Shown here: positions 48,901-60,024 of the stretch, piece by piece
Numbering within the stretch: the stretch's first letter is position 1
Layout of the letters: every line of letters starts with the position of its first letter
Assembly (NCBI RefSeq): GCF_000737315.1
Contig: NZ_JMCB01000013.1
Coordinates: forward strand, 20,001 to 268,000
DNA: 248,000 nucleotides
DNA from: Hyalangium minutum
Lineage (GTDB): Bacteria > Myxococcota > Myxococcia > Myxococcales > Myxococcaceae
Reading direction: 5' to 3'
Position numbers and translations under genes: made by a program
The notes under the pieces: model-generated
The model's database searches: none
What the model was told of the DNA's origin: nothing
What the model saw: only the letters and a program-made list of their open reading frames with translations

Positions 48901-49878
48901 CGCCAGCAGGATGCTCACGAGCTGTTGCTCCGCCGCCATGGGGCTGTCGACGCGCGCCACCTGCGTGGGCGCCACCCCCTCCAGCTCCGGGAGCTCGTCC
49001 ACGGTCGGCAGGAGTGGCATCAGGGAGGGGGCGTCCGGGATCCGTTGGTGCGGGTCCTTGGCCAGCATGCGGTCCACCAGCGTCTGGAAGACCTCGGGCA
49101 GCTCGGTGCGCACCGAGCGCAGGGGCGTCGGCGGGGTGAAGAGGATCTTCGCCAGCACGGCGGCGAAGTGAGGCGCGGAGAAGGGAGGCTGGCCGGTGAG
49201 GCACTCGTACAGCACACACCCCAGCGAGAAGATGTCCGCGCTCGGAGTGGTCTCTCCTTGTCCCGAGGCCTGCTCGGGCGCCATGTACCCCGGAGTTCCG
49301 AGCACCACGTGGCTGCCCGTGAGGGCCTGGGACGGCACGGTGCGGCGTGCCAGCCCGAAGTCCAGCAGCACCACCTCCTCGGGCCGGCCATGCCGCAGGA
49401 AGAGGTTGGAGGGCTTCAGGTCTCGGTGGACGATGCCGTGCCGGTGCGCGGTAGCCAGCGCGTCGGCGGCGTGGCGCATCAGGGTCAGCGTCTCGGACAG
49501 GCTCAAGGGCTGGCGCCCGAGCCGGTTGGCCAGGTCCTCTCCCTCCAGCCACTCCATGGCGAGGAAGGGGTGTCCCTGCTCCAGGAAGCCATGGGCCACA
49601 TGGGAGACGATGGACGGGTGACGCAGCTCGGCAAGAAGCTCGGCCTCGCGGCTGAAGCGCTGAAGCCCATCGGCGCTCTGCATGGGATGCAGGAGCTTGA
49701 GGGCGACGGTCTGCCCGGTCTGCGTGTCCTTGGCGCGGTACACCGAGCCCATGCCCCCGCGGCCCGCCAGGGACTCGAGAAGGAACCGCCCGGCGAGGAG
49801 CCGGCCGGGAGCGAGCGTGTCCGCTCCAAGCCTTGGAGGGGAGGGGGAGGTAGGAGCTTGAATGAGATCGATGTTCAT
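45931..49878 (-). CDS. Ser/Thr kinase with AAA ATPase and TPR-like domains
   Basis: HRDLKPSN, DFG, APPGTGKS. Confidence 0.92.
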   Translation of the reverse strand: MNIDLIQAPTSPSPPRLGADTLAPGRLLAGRFLLESLAGRGGMGSVYRAKDTQTGQTVALKLLHPMQSADGLQRFSREAELLAELRHPSIVSHVAHGFLEQGHPFLAMEWLEGEDLANRLGRQPLSLSETLTLMRHAADALATAHRHGIVHRDLKPSNLFLRHGRPEEVVLLDFGLARRTVPSQALTGSHVVLGTPGYMAPEQASGQGETTPSADIFSLGCVLYECLTGQPPFSAPHFAAVLAKILFTPPTPLRSVRTELPEVFQTLVDRMLAKDPHQRIPDAPSLMPLLPTVDELPELEGVAPTQVARVDSPMAAEQQLVSILLAAPPVVAEPGPEAMVQRRSLRDSLRAVLTPHRAQVELMADGSLVLTLLAGRHGATDQASLAARCALSLKERWPEVTAVLVTGRGVISAHLPVGEAMDRAGQLLHRFGHPTASPHVVLDEVTAGLLGPGFQLERASTDTFLLQSEHLTADASRPLLGKPTPCVGREQELALLELALSTCIEDSTAQALLVVAPPGTGKSRLRHEFLRRVSRREQPVLLLQGRGDPMNVSGCMCMVGQLLQQLCGMEPGEPAETRRQKLRERVAKYLPEREVPEVAALLGEICSAPFPEETYSQLRELRRDPAQMNAAVGGAIITWLRAESQHSPVLLVLEDLHWGDALTVQWVDRLLRELADCPLLVLALARPEIKELFPGLWSQRLQEVALRSLSRKAGAQLIRDVLGSGVEEAVVDRLLEQSAGNALFLEELIRMVAEGRGDTPPGTVLAMLQSRILRLEPEARQALLAASFLGRTFWTGAVRALRNAQETPGTLEHWLERLVAMEIIESQPDRTFAGEKAYRFRHALMRDAAYALVPEAHKATGHRLAGEWLEQGGETDPRVLADHAYLGQQPERAVRFYIQAADQRLERGDARSALQCVEAALKLEMPSETRSRLRALQATATFWLNDPSLLTGTGREILPELKAGSRPWCDLISSLILNSVNRGQPAEVMPLVELLLRTSPEADGVYAYAQALCFISTAFVRLGMRQEAEVHLQRILGLEGSDALLESYRDYTQAFFSFHLEPKPWQAWEGLLRAEKTLQQEGRVHSLAKVKTVSGLVAAMMGDSASARTRVQESVARLQRFEQPLTLLYSQGYFSVVMSALPEPEARAQARTMAEAALTVTSYSPLYPGMAHVALARIALAEGKPAEAEQHARQACELLPPLPSLVRPVLSEALRLQGRAAEARQEAERAVRHLERAGARGVDFIGVHLALAEACFAQGDSTAGDAALRKALEHLRACAEGFPDAAARERFLRKVPDNARTLELARERFGEATAA

Positions 49879-50011
49879 GGGGCTCTTCGGGGTTCCCAGT
49901 ATAATCCGCTCGTTCGGTGCCCGCCCGGGCATGGGGCCAGGCGGGCCCCCGGTGCTTCGAGGGGTGTTTGTGCCTGCCCGGGCCTGAGTCTTCGTGCTAG
50001 GGCTTCGCCCC

Positions 50012-51697
50012 ATGAAGCGCCTGCTCGCACTGCTCTTCCTCCTGCCTGCGCTGCCCGTCCTGGCGCAGGGCGTGCCGCTCTCCACGCCTGCGGAGAAGGT
50101 GGTGGCGCAGACCATCGATGCGAACCCGCTGCGTGCCCATGTGCGCTTCCTCGCGCATGATCTCCTGGAGGGGCGCGGCCCGGGCACCCGGGGAGATGCG
50201 CTGGCCCAGGCCTACATCGCCTCCCAGTTCGAGCTGCTGGGCCTGAAGCCCGTGGGTGGGGGAGACGGCTACCTCCAGCCCTTCGAGCTCGTGGGCCTCT
50301 CTGGCCACCCGGACACGCTGAGCTTCGCGGCCGCGTCCGGGCGCACGGACCTGAAGTTCCACGAGGAGTTCATCGCCGTCTCTGGCGTGCAGGAGCCGGA
50401 GGCCCGGCTGGAGGGCTCCGAGCTGATCTTCGTGGGCTTCGGCATCGTCGCTCCCGAGTATGGTTGGGACGACTTCAAGGGGATGGACCTCCGGGGCAAG
50501 ACGCTGCTGATCCTCAACAGCGATCCGGCGGAGGACCCGGCGCTCTTCGCGGGCCGGACGCGGCTCTGGTACGGGCGCTGGGATTACAAGTACGAGCAGG
50601 CCGCCAAGGTGGGAGCGGCGGGCGCCATCATCCTCCACACCACGCCGAGCGCCGGCTACCCGTGGCAGGTGGTGCAGACCTCGTGGACGGGCGAGCAGTT
50701 CGAGCTGCCCGCCACCCAGGGCCCGCGCCTGCAGGTGAAGGCGTGGACGACCGAGGAGGCCACGCGGCGCATCGTCCGGATGGCGGGGAGGGACCTGGAC
50801 GCGCTGGTCGCCTCGGCGCAGAAGCGCGACTTCCAGCCCGTGCCGCTCGGGGTGAAGGTCTCCACCCAGTTCGCCAATCAGGTGAGGCGCCGGCCCACGG
50901 CGAACGTGCTGGGCCTGCTGCCCGGCAGCGACCCGAAGCTCTCGGGCGAGGTGGTGCTCTACACCGCGCACCACGATCATCTCGGCACCAAGGAGGGTGC
51001 GCGCCCGGGCGAGGACGCCATCTACAACGGCGCGGTGGACAACGCGGCGGGGGTGGCGGCCCTGCTCACAGTGGCGAGGACCTACCGCGCGCTGCCCACG
51101 CCTCCGAGGCGCTCCATCCTCTTCGCCGCCGTGGCGGGAGAAGAGCAGGGGCTGCTGGGCTCGCAGCACCTCGCTACGCACCTGCCGGTGCCCTCGGGCC
51201 GCATCGCCGCCAACATCAACATCGATGGCGCGAACATCCTCGGGCGCACGCGGGATGTGGCGATCATCGGTCTGGGCAAGTCGAACCTCGATGGCATCAT
51301 CACGGGCCTGGCAAATGCGCAGGGCCGCACGGTGAAGGCGGACCAGCTGTCGGATCGGGGCTTCTTCTACCGCTCGGACCAGTTCGCCTTCGCGAAGCTG
51401 GGCATCCCGGCCGCGTACTTCAGCAGCGGCATGGACTTCATCGGCAGGCCCGAGGGCTGGGGCAAGCAGCAGCGAGAGCTGTGGGAGGCGCGGCACTACC
51501 ACCAGCCCTCCGATGAGCTGCGTCCGGAGTGGGACCTGAGCGGGGCCGTGGAGGACGTGCGCCTCTACTTCCTGCTGGGCGCCCATGTGGCGCGGGCGCC
51601 CGAGATGCCCCGCTGGAACAAGGGGGACGAGTTCGAGGCCCCTCGGCTGGAGTCCCTGAAGGCGGTGGGAGCCCCGGAAGCAAAGGGAGCGAAGTAG
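50012..51697 (+). CDS. M28 family peptidase with PA domain
   Basis: [28 protein letters not shown]. Confidence 0.92.
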   Translation: MKRLLALLFLLPALPVLAQGVPLSTPAEKVVAQTIDANPLRAHVRFLAHDLLEGRGPGTRGDALAQAYIASQFELLGLKPVGGGDGYLQPFELVGLSGHPDTLSFAAASGRTDLKFHEEFIAVSGVQEPEARLEGSELIFVGFGIVAPEYGWDDFKGMDLRGKTLLILNSDPAEDPALFAGRTRLWYGRWDYKYEQAAKVGAAGAIILHTTPSAGYPWQVVQTSWTGEQFELPATQGPRLQVKAWTTEEATRRIVRMAGRDLDALVASAQKRDFQPVPLGVKVSTQFANQVRRRPTANVLGLLPGSDPKLSGEVVLYTAHHDHLGTKEGARPGEDAIYNGAVDNAAGVAALLTVARTYRALPTPPRRSILFAAVAGEEQGLLGSQHLATHLPVPSGRIAANINIDGANILGRTRDVAIIGLGKSNLDGIITGLANAQGRTVKADQLSDRGFFYRSDQFAFAKLGIPAAYFSSGMDFIGRPEGWGKQQRELWEARHYHQPSDELRPEWDLSGAVEDVRLYFLLGAHVARAPEMPRWNKGDEFEAPRLESLKAVGAPEAKGAK

Positions 51698-51774
51698 CCC
51701 GCGTTCGTCCACTGCCCTGCAGCCATGCAGGAAGTGCCAGCCTGCCTTGTCGCTGGATGTTAAATGACGGGGCT

Positions 51775-53871
51775 ATGCCGGACTTTCAGATCGTCAGTGA
51801 ACATCAGCCGCAGGGCGACCAGCCGAGGGCCATCGCCGAGCTGACCGAGGGCTTGCTGCGCGGGGACCAGTACCAGACGCTGCTGGGCGTCACGGGCTCG
51901 GGCAAGACATTCACCATGGCGAACGTGATCGCCAACGTGAAGCGGCCCACGCTCATCATCGCGCACAACAAGACCCTGGCCGCTCAGCTGTACGGCGAGT
52001 TCAAGGAAGTCTTCCCGAAGAACGCCGTCGAATACTTCGTCTCCTACTACGACTACTACCAGCCCGAGGCGTACGTCCCCTCGTCGGACACCTTCATCGA
52101 GAAGGACTCGTCCATCAACGACGAGATCGAGCGCATGCGGCACTCGGCCACGCACAGCCTGCGCATCCGCGATGACGTGATCATCGTGGCCAGCGTGTCC
52201 TGCATCTACGGCCTGGGCACGGCGCGCTCCTACGTGGACCTGGCCATCACCGTGAACCTGGGCGAGGACCTGGGCCGGGACGCGCTCATGCGCCGGCTGG
52301 TCGAGGCCCAGTACGAGCGCAACGACTTCGACTTCCATCGCGGTACCTTCCGCGCTCGCGGCGACACCGTGGAGATCTTCCCGGCCTACGAGGAGGAGCG
52401 CGCCGTCCGCGTGAGCTTCTTCGGCGACGAGGTGGAGAAGATCACCGAGTTCGATCCGCTGCGTGGCGTCACCCTGGGGGCACTGGAGAAGATTGTCGTC
52501 TTCCCCGCCAGCCACTACGTGACCGAGGCGGACACCCGCAAGCGAGCCTTGCAGACGATCCGTGACGAGCTGGCCGAGCGCCTCAGCCTCTTCCGCAAGG
52601 AGGGCAAGCTCCTGGAGGCACAGCGGCTCGAGCAGCGCACCATGTTCGATCTGGAGATGATCGAGCAGGTGGGGTTCTGCAATGGCATCGAGAACTACTC
52701 GCGCCACTTCTCGGGCCGGGCGCCCGGCGAGCCTCCTCCGTGCCTGATCGACTACTTCCCACGGAACATGCTCATCCTCATCGATGAGAGTCACCAGACC
52801 GTTCCTCAGATCGGCGCGATGTACCGCGGCGACCGCTCGCGCAAGGAGACGCTGGTGAATTTCGGCTTCCGGCTCCCCAGCGCCATGGACAACCGCCCGC
52901 TGAAGTTCGGCGAGTTCGAGGGCATGGTGCAGCAGGCCGTCTTCGTCTCGGCCACTCCCTCCGAGTACGAGCTGCAGAAGAGCCGAGGCGTGGTGGTGGA
53001 GCAGATCATCCGCCCCACGGGCCTGATGGATCCTCCCGTGGAGGTCCGCCCCGCATCCAACCAGGTGGACGATCTGCTGGAGCATGTCCGTGTGCGCGTG
53101 GCCCGTCAGGAGCGCGTGCTGGTGACGACGCTCACCAAGCGCATGGCGGAGGATCTCACCGAGTACTTCAGCGATGTGGGTGTGAAGGTGCGCTACCTGC
53201 ACTCGGACATCGACGCCATCGAGCGCACGGCCATTATCCGCGACCTGCGCAAGGGTGTCTTCGACGTGCTGGTGGGCATCAACCTGCTGCGCGAGGGCCT
53301 CGACATCCCCGAGGTCTCCCTGGTGGCCATTTTGGACGCGGACAAGGAGGGCTTCCTGCGCAGCCACGTCTCGCTCATCCAGACCATTGGCCGCGCGGCC
53401 CGTAACCTCAACGGCCAGGTCATCATGTACTCGGATCAGATGACCGACTCGATGAAGCTGGCCATCGAGGAGACCAACCGCCGCCGCGAGGTGCAGCGCA
53501 AGTACAACGAGGAGCACAACATCACCCCGCGCTCGGTCAAAAGCGCCATCCTCGATCTGTCCCAGCAGCTCTACGGCGCGGACCCCATGGCGCTGCCTCT
53601 GGCTGCCGACGGGGCGAACGATCTGCTCATCCCGAAGGAGATCAAGCGCCTCATCGAGGAGTACACCAAGGACATGCAGCGCGCGGCGGACGAGATGGAG
53701 TTCGAGAAGGCCGCCCAGTTCCGCGACCGCATCCTGCTGCTCAAGGACATGGACCTGGGCCTCAAGCCCCCCAGCCGCACGCTGCTCGCCGAGCCCCCCA
53801 AGCCCGCCGAGCCCCAGGGCCCTATGAAGGGCCGCCGAGGCGCCGCTGGCAAGAGGGGCAGGAGGCGCTAG
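51775..53871 (+). CDS. uvrB: Excinuclease ABC subunit B
   Basis: [23 protein letters not shown]-terminal UVR domain. Confidence 0.98.
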   Translation: MPDFQIVSEHQPQGDQPRAIAELTEGLLRGDQYQTLLGVTGSGKTFTMANVIANVKRPTLIIAHNKTLAAQLYGEFKEVFPKNAVEYFVSYYDYYQPEAYVPSSDTFIEKDSSINDEIERMRHSATHSLRIRDDVIIVASVSCIYGLGTARSYVDLAITVNLGEDLGRDALMRRLVEAQYERNDFDFHRGTFRARGDTVEIFPAYEEERAVRVSFFGDEVEKITEFDPLRGVTLGALEKIVVFPASHYVTEADTRKRALQTIRDELAERLSLFRKEGKLLEAQRLEQRTMFDLEMIEQVGFCNGIENYSRHFSGRAPGEPPPCLIDYFPRNMLILIDESHQTVPQIGAMYRGDRSRKETLVNFGFRLPSAMDNRPLKFGEFEGMVQQAVFVSATPSEYELQKSRGVVVEQIIRPTGLMDPPVEVRPASNQVDDLLEHVRVRVARQERVLVTTLTKRMAEDLTEYFSDVGVKVRYLHSDIDAIERTAIIRDLRKGVFDVLVGINLLREGLDIPEVSLVAILDADKEGFLRSHVSLIQTIGRAARNLNGQVIMYSDQMTDSMKLAIEETNRRREVQRKYNEEHNITPRSVKSAILDLSQQLYGADPMALPLAADGANDLLIPKEIKRLIEEYTKDMQRAADEMEFEKAAQFRDRILLLKDMDLGLKPPSRTLLAEPPKPAEPQGPMKGRRGAAGKRGRRR

Positions 53872-53877
53872 CTCATC

Positions 53878-55818
53878 ATGAATGCCCGGCTCCAGGAGAA
53901 GCTCGACGCGCTGCCCACCGAGCCCGGCGTGTACCTGATGAAGGACCGCCGCGGCACCGTCATCTACGTCGGCAAGGCCATCAATCTGCGCAACCGGGTG
54001 CGCTCGTACTTCACCCGTACGGGCGACACGCGCGTCTTCGTGTCGATGCTCGACTCGATCCTCGGGGACATCGAGACGGTGCTCGTCCACAACGAGAAGG
54101 AGGCCCTCCTCCTCGAGAACGAGCTCATCAAGAAGCACAAGCCGCGCTTCAACGTCCTGCTCAAGGACGACAAGCAGTTCATCTCGCTGCGGCTCGACAA
54201 GACCCAGGACTTCCCCCGCCTGGAGGTCGTCCGGAAATACGATAGAGACGGCGCGCGGTACTTTGGACCCTATTCCAGCGCGGGAGCCATCCGCGAGACG
54301 CTGCGCCTCATCAACCGCTACTTCCGGCTGCGCACGTGCACGGATCACGTGATGGCCAACCGGAAGCGGCCCTGCCTGCTGTACCAGATCGGCCGCTGCC
54401 CGGCGCCCTGTGTCTACCCGGTGTCTCCCGAGGACTACGGGCGCAGCGTGAACGAGGTGGTGCTCTTCCTGGAGGGCAAGGCCACCGAGCTGGTGGAGGG
54501 CATCAAGGGACGCATGAAGGGGGCCGCCTCGGAGCTGAAGTTCGAGGAGGCCGCGCGCCTGCGCGATCAGCTCCGGGCCATCGAGCGCAGCCTGGAGCGC
54601 CAGAAGGCTGTCACCACCGACTTCAAGGATCAGGACGTGTTCGCCTTCTTCCGCGAGGGCGATCGCATCCTCTTCTACGTCCTGTGGGTGCGGCAGGGCC
54701 GGCTCAACGGTGGCCAGGCCTTCCCATTCGGCAGCCAGGAGTTCCCGGACGAGGAGCTGCTGCCCTCGTTCGTGAACCTCTACTACGACCAAGGCAGCTT
54801 CGTGCCGGAGGAGGTGCTGCTGCCGCTGGATCCGGAGAGCCTCGAGGGCTTGGAGTCCCTCCTCACCGAGCGCCGGGGCGAGAGGGTCCGCGTCATGGTG
54901 CCCAAGCGCGGCGAGAAGCACGACCTGGTGCTCATGGCCGCCAAGAACGCCGAGCAGGCCTTCACCGAGCGCAAGCGCACCAAGGAGGAGACCGACGCCG
55001 TCCTGTCGCGGCTCCAGCAGAAGCTCAACCTGCGCAACTTCCCGCGCCGGATGGAGTGCTTCGACATCTCTCACTTCCAGGGCTCCAGCATCGTCGCCTC
55101 GCAGGTGGCCGTCACCGATGGCGAGACGGACAAGTCCCGCTACCGCAAGTACAAGATCAAGACCCTGGAGAAGCAGGACGACTTCGCCAGCATGTACGAG
55201 GTGCTCTCCCGCCGCCTCAAGCGCGGCCTGGAGGAGAACGATCTGCCGGACCTGCTCGTCATTGACGGTGGCAAGGGCCAGTTGGCCAGTGTCCACGCGG
55301 CCATGAAGGACCTGGGAGTCGAGAAGGTGGACGTGGTAGGTCTTGCCAAGAGTCGCGACCAAGAAGTCTTTGATCGCGACGCTGAAAGCGCTCGCAGCCC
55401 GGAGCGCGTGTTCGTGCTGGGGCGGAAAGATCCGGTCGTCCTGCCCCAGAACTCGGCGGAAATCTTCATGCTGACCCGGATGCGGGACGAGGCCCACCGC
55501 TTCGCCATCACCTACCAGCAGAAGGACCTGAGGAAGAGCCGCGTCCGCTCGGCGCTGGAGGACATTCCGGGGGTGGGCGAGGTGCGCCGGAAGACACTGC
55601 TGCGCCACTTCGGATCACTGAAGCGTGTTCAGGAGGCCACCATCGAGGATCTGGCCGAAGTGGTTGGCCCCTCAGTGGCCGAGCGGGTCCATGCGGCCCT
55701 CCACGGCCACCCGGAGGAGGAGGACGTAGACCCCATCCGTGAGGCGTCTCTGGCCGACGCCGGAGCCACGCAAGACGAAAAATCCTCCGAAGGAGGGTCG
55801 CCAGCCGGTGGGGCGTGA
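53878..55818 (+). CDS. uvrC: Excinuclease ABC subunit C
   Basis: GIY-YIG YVGKA, ECFDISH, IDGGKGQ, HhH. Confidence 0.98.
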   Translation: MNARLQEKLDALPTEPGVYLMKDRRGTVIYVGKAINLRNRVRSYFTRTGDTRVFVSMLDSILGDIETVLVHNEKEALLLENELIKKHKPRFNVLLKDDKQFISLRLDKTQDFPRLEVVRKYDRDGARYFGPYSSAGAIRETLRLINRYFRLRTCTDHVMANRKRPCLLYQIGRCPAPCVYPVSPEDYGRSVNEVVLFLEGKATELVEGIKGRMKGAASELKFEEAARLRDQLRAIERSLERQKAVTTDFKDQDVFAFFREGDRILFYVLWVRQGRLNGGQAFPFGSQEFPDEELLPSFVNLYYDQGSFVPEEVLLPLDPESLEGLESLLTERRGERVRVMVPKRGEKHDLVLMAAKNAEQAFTERKRTKEETDAVLSRLQQKLNLRNFPRRMECFDISHFQGSSIVASQVAVTDGETDKSRYRKYKIKTLEKQDDFASMYEVLSRRLKRGLEENDLPDLLVIDGGKGQLASVHAAMKDLGVEKVDVVGLAKSRDQEVFDRDAESARSPERVFVLGRKDPVVLPQNSAEIFMLTRMRDEAHRFAITYQQKDLRKSRVRSALEDIPGVGEVRRKTLLRHFGSLKRVQEATIEDLAEVVGPSVAERVHAALHGHPEEEDVDPIREASLADAGATQDEKSSEGGSPAGGA

Positions 55819-55958
55819 TTAATTTTCTCCTCGGGAATTTCGAGGGAAAAAGTACTCCGGAACCGTGTGGTTCCAAGGGTTTTTCATTGCGGCTGGGCGC
55901 GGCGCTGTTTTATAGCGATCGCGTTCTAGGCACGCAGAAGAGGGTGAGGGAGCGACAC

Positions 55959-56477
55959 ATGAGGCTCTATCCGAAGGTGATCCCGATCATCTCGCGCGAG
56001 TGCATCCAGTTGCTGATGCAGGACGGGGATGTCGAGGTGGAGCCGATGCGGGTGGCGGACGCGGAGATGGACCTGTCGGCCATCATGCGCGAGTACTTGG
56101 CCAACGAGGAGCGCGTGAACCAGGCCACCCGCGAGGCCCTGGAGCGGCGCGGCTACGACTACTCCAAGTTCAATCAGGTCAAGCGTGAGATGGCCGACGT
56201 TCGCGGCTTCAAGATGGGCGACGAAGGCATCGAGTACGTCATCAACCAGATGATCGAGTTCCTGCTGATCAGCCGGAACGTCGAGGAAGTGTTCGCCGCC
56301 GATAACAACCTGCGTCAGAAGATCTTCCAGGTGATGAAGAAGCACCTGGACGTGGACGACGAGATCGACAAGGAGGCGCGCTCCCGCCTGAAGCACCTGC
56401 AGGAGGGCACCAGCGCCTTCGACATCGAGTACAACAAGACGGTGGAGCAGATCCGCCGGGCGCGCGGGCTGATCTAG
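55959..56477 (+). CDS. DUF507 family protein
   Basis: MRLYPKVIP start; helical; recognised family pattern. Confidence 0.7.
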   Translation: MRLYPKVIPIISRECIQLLMQDGDVEVEPMRVADAEMDLSAIMREYLANEERVNQATREALERRGYDYSKFNQVKREMADVRGFKMGDEGIEYVINQMIEFLLISRNVEEVFAADNNLRQKIFQVMKKHLDVDDEIDKEARSRLKHLQEGTSAFDIEYNKTVEQIRRARGLI

Positions 56478-56531
56478 CGGGGCGTGCCAACCCCCGTACC
56501 GCTGCCTACCTTGTGTGGAAGGGAGGCAGCG

Positions 56532-58145
56532 ATGGTGGGAACTCTCTTTCAAGTGACGATGGTTGGACTCCTGGCGGCGGCGCCGTCAGGAGGCTTCACG
56601 TTCGAGGGCATCCAAGCGAGCGCTCGGACGACGTCCCCCGTAGGCTATTTCGCCCAGGGGACCACGCCTTACCCCAACATCTACGAGCGAGGCACCGGCT
56701 CGGCGACGCTGACGGCGGAGGACCGCGTCCCCGCCTGGGGCGCCACGTACGGCGACAAGGGCCGCGTGGAGGCCGAGTTCCGGCTCGGGCAGGCGCAGTA
56801 CCGTGTGGAGCTCACCCAGCCCGGCTTTCCGCCCCAGCAGGCTTCAGGCGGCTCGCCTGCTCCGCGGCCGAGCTTCCCGGTGGCGGGTGGGGTGCTCCTG
56901 GATCATGACCTGAATGGCGCGAGCGGGCTCGGGTGGATGGCCACGACGCAGGTGCACGCTGCCGTGGTGGTGTGGGGCGTGGGCAGCGTTTGGCGCAACG
57001 GGCAGCTGATCACGGACACCGCGCTGATTCAGGCCGCGGCGCTCTCGCATGGCTCGCACGCGGATGACGAGACGCACCGCATCCTCGCGGCGGCGCGGGC
57101 GGGGGACACCGAGCTGGATGTGCTCGTGTGGAACCTGCCGCAGAGCGCCGAGCCGCGCGGCTTCCTTCAGTTCTCCTTCGATGATGTGGAGATCGAGCTG
57201 AATGATCGGCCCGTGAACTCCGTGGCCGTGGTGCCGAACGTCCAGGGCGTAGAGTCGGGCGGGGTGGTGCCGGTGACTGGCGGGTTCGGAGGGAATGGGA
57301 TCTTCGTGGCTCCTACGCCGGCTCCGGCACCGGGGCAGGGCGTAGGTGGCTCGGGCTTTGACGTCACGGCACCGCCCCAGACGGGAACGCCGGGTGGCCC
57401 GGTGACGCCGGTGAGCCCTGGGACGCTGGGCGGGCCCGCTTCCGCGAACCTTGGCGCGACGCCAGGGGTGAGCGTGGGCACGGAGGCCACGCAGCAGGGC
57501 ACTGCGGCAACGGGCTCTCCGGGAGTCCCTTCTCAGCCCGTCACCGGTCCTGTGACGAGTGTGACCACCGTGGGACCCGGCGCCGTGACGCCGGACACCA
57601 TCAGCGGCACCTTCCCGACGCTGGGTGCGCCGACGCCCCCCGCGAACATCTCGGGCTCCATGCCGGGCACGCCCGCGCCGGGCTCGTTGCTCGCCACGGA
57701 GCAGACGGTGGTGCCAGGCACGCCCGCGCCGGGAGCTCCTGCGGAGGCGGGGGTGGCCATCAACTCGACGACGCCCACGCTGTCCAACTCGGGGAACTTC
57801 ACCGTGCCCATCTCTCCGCCGAACTTCAACAGCTTCGCGGGGACGGGGCAGGTGAGCCCGGGCATCATCGCCACGGCGCCGCCGATCGGGACGGATCCAA
57901 CGATCCCCACGCCGCCGTTGCTCGGCTCGCCCGCGCCACTCACCGCTGCGTCGGGGACGCCGCTGCTCGGTACGCCCGCGCCGCTGACGGCCGCGCCTCC
58001 GCCCGCGCTGATCACGACGCCCGCGCCCGTGAATGCGACGCCGGGGAGTACCACCGCGGCACCTGTTGCGCCGATTCCTGGGATTCCCGCGACGAGCGCT
58101 CCGGTCACGTCTCCGGGGAGCACGGGAGTTCCGCCCTCCATCTGA
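56532..58145 (+). CDS. Exported protein with long Pro/Thr/Gly-rich C-terminal half
   Basis: Composition; signal-like N-terminus. Confidence 0.65.
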   Translation: MVGTLFQVTMVGLLAAAPSGGFTFEGIQASARTTSPVGYFAQGTTPYPNIYERGTGSATLTAEDRVPAWGATYGDKGRVEAEFRLGQAQYRVELTQPGFPPQQASGGSPAPRPSFPVAGGVLLDHDLNGASGLGWMATTQVHAAVVVWGVGSVWRNGQLITDTALIQAAALSHGSHADDETHRILAAARAGDTELDVLVWNLPQSAEPRGFLQFSFDDVEIELNDRPVNSVAVVPNVQGVESGGVVPVTGGFGGNGIFVAPTPAPAPGQGVGGSGFDVTAPPQTGTPGGPVTPVSPGTLGGPASANLGATPGVSVGTEATQQGTAATGSPGVPSQPVTGPVTSVTTVGPGAVTPDTISGTFPTLGAPTPPANISGSMPGTPAPGSLLATEQTVVPGTPAPGAPAEAGVAINSTTPTLSNSGNFTVPISPPNFNSFAGTGQVSPGIIATAPPIGTDPTIPTPPLLGSPAPLTAASGTPLLGTPAPLTAAPPPALITTPAPVNATPGSTTAAPVAPIPGIPATSAPVTSPGSTGVPPSI

Positions 58146-58266
58146 GCAGGGCGGAGCGAGCGGAAAAGAGTGGTGGTACGCGCCTTTGCAGAGCGGGCCG
58201 CTCAGGTCTTCGTCCTGAGCGGCTCGAAAAATTGACCGTTCGCTACGTGCCTGTAGCGTTCTGGCC

Positions 58267-58644
58267 ATGTCGACGTCCGTTGCCGCCTTTGCCGTCCCCG
58301 CGACTTCTCGCCACGCCAGCGACGATCCGCTGAGCGAGGCGATGGAGAACCTGGCTCGCGCACTGCCCGAGCGTACGGACGCGGCCGTGCTCGTGGACCT
58401 CCTCGGGGATGATCTCCGGGAGGGGCTCGATGCGCTCGGAGATGTGGAGTGCCACTTCGCCGACGTGCTCGATGCCATGCGCCTTCCGAGACCGGCTCCC
58501 ATGACGCTGGTGGACGTGAGCGATGATCAGCTCGTGCTCGAGCGGCTCGAGGTCATCGTGGGCGTGGTGTCGTCGGTGCGGCGGCGTCTCTCGCAGGCGG
58601 CGGGGATGATGCGCCAGCTGCCGCTCCCGCTGGGCGACAGCTAG
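58267..58644 (+). CDS. Hypothetical protein
   Basis: GC3-biased ORF. Confidence 0.6.
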   Translation: MSTSVAAFAVPATSRHASDDPLSEAMENLARALPERTDAAVLVDLLGDDLREGLDALGDVECHFADVLDAMRLPRPAPMTLVDVSDDQLVLERLEVIVGVVSSVRRRLSQAAGMMRQLPLPLGDS

Positions 58645-58685
58645 CACGAGGGCCGCCGCGTTCGCGGCCCCCGTGGCTCCGTGGC

Positions 58686-60005
58686 TCAGAGCGAGCCCAG
58701 GAACTTCACCAGTGCCTCGCGATCCGGGGCCGACATCGCGCGGAAGCGCTCCCGCGAGCGCTCGGCCTCGCCTCCGTGCCAGAGGATGGCCTCCTCCAGC
58801 GTGCGTGCGCGGCCATCGTGCAGGTAGCCCGCGTAGGGCAGCACCGTCTGCGTCAGCCCAACCCCCCAGAGCGGCGCGGTCCGCCACTCGTTGCCGTCCG
58901 CCACGCCATCCGGCCGTCCATCCGCGAGCCCTGGCCCCATATCGTGCAGCAACAGGTCCGTGTACGGGTGGATGCGCTCGTGGGCCAGCTCCGGCAGCGG
59001 GTGGTCCCCCGTCTCGAGCGTCTCGCGGTGGCAGCTCTCGCACCCGGCGGAGCGGAAGAGCTTCTCGCCCTCCTGCACGTCCGCGTTGTCGAGGGCGGTG
59101 CGCGCCGGCACGCCGAGCGACTGCGCGTAGAAGGCCGCGGCCTCCAGCGTCGTCCTCGACAGGTCGTGGGTGCCGTCGGGCTCTGGGAAGAGCGGGTTGG
59201 TGACGCCCATGTCGTTGACATAGGCCTCGGCCGATTGCTGGAGCAGATTGGGGCTGTTCGCCTTCAGCCCGAAGCGTCCCGGGGCCAGCGCCTGCGCTTG
59301 GACATCCCAGACCTCGTTGAGGCGGCCGGAGATGCCGTCACCGTTCTTGTCGTTCGGATCCTCCATGGCGCGCAGGGTGGAGGTGGGCACGGCCTCGAGC
59401 AACCCCAGCCCAAAGACGGGAGGCGGCAGCCGCAGCGAGGTGAGCAGGTCCGGAGGCAGCGAGGAGCCGTCGCTCGGGGTGATCTGGATGCGCGGAGACC
59501 GCAGGCTGAAGGCCGCCCCATCTCCGTAGGTGCCAGAGCTCTCCTCCCAGGACAGCGCGACCGAGGCCTCGGGCGTGTAGCCGTAGACGGCCTGGTCGGC
59601 GATCTGGATGCCCAAGCCCGGCACGGGGACGGCGCCGTTCGGGTGGTTCAGCGTGCCGCTGGGGAGGCTGACGCGGACCAGGAGCTGGGTGCGCTGCGGC
59701 CCGGTGCCCATCACCGGCATGCCGCGCCCATTGCGCAGGTGGCAGCCGTTGCACGAGGTGTTGTTGTAGAGCGGCCCCAGCCCCGGGTTCACGGGCGCCA
59801 TACCCGGGACGAACACCGCCGCGAACGCACTGTCCCCCACCCGGTGCAGCGTGAGCTGCTCGGGCGTGAGGTTGGGGGCAGGCTGGGCAAATGCCAGCGA
59901 GGTCCGATCATCAATGGTGGTGGCGCCTCCCGCGCGAGGCGGCTCGGAGTCTCCGCAGCCCGAGAGCAGCGCCACCACGGCGCCCAGTGTCATGGCCTGT
60001 CGCAT
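58686..60005 (-). CDS. Di-heme oxidoreductase (DHOR) lipoprotein
   Basis: SCNGCH and GCESCH heme motifs, GLGLLEA, YLHDGRA. Confidence 0.9.
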   Translation of the reverse strand: MRQAMTLGAVVALLSGCGDSEPPRAGGATTIDDRTSLAFAQPAPNLTPEQLTLHRVGDSAFAAVFVPGMAPVNPGLGPLYNNTSCNGCHLRNGRGMPVMGTGPQRTQLLVRVSLPSGTLNHPNGAVPVPGLGIQIADQAVYGYTPEASVALSWEESSGTYGDGAAFSLRSPRIQITPSDGSSLPPDLLTSLRLPPPVFGLGLLEAVPTSTLRAMEDPNDKNGDGISGRLNEVWDVQAQALAPGRFGLKANSPNLLQQSAEAYVNDMGVTNPLFPEPDGTHDLSRTTLEAAAFYAQSLGVPARTALDNADVQEGEKLFRSAGCESCHRETLETGDHPLPELAHERIHPYTDLLLHDMGPGLADGRPDGVADGNEWRTAPLWGVGLTQTVLPYAGYLHDGRARTLEEAILWHGGEAERSRERFRAMSAPDREALVKFLGSL

Positions 60006-60024
60006 CGCAATCCCCCCAGAATGC

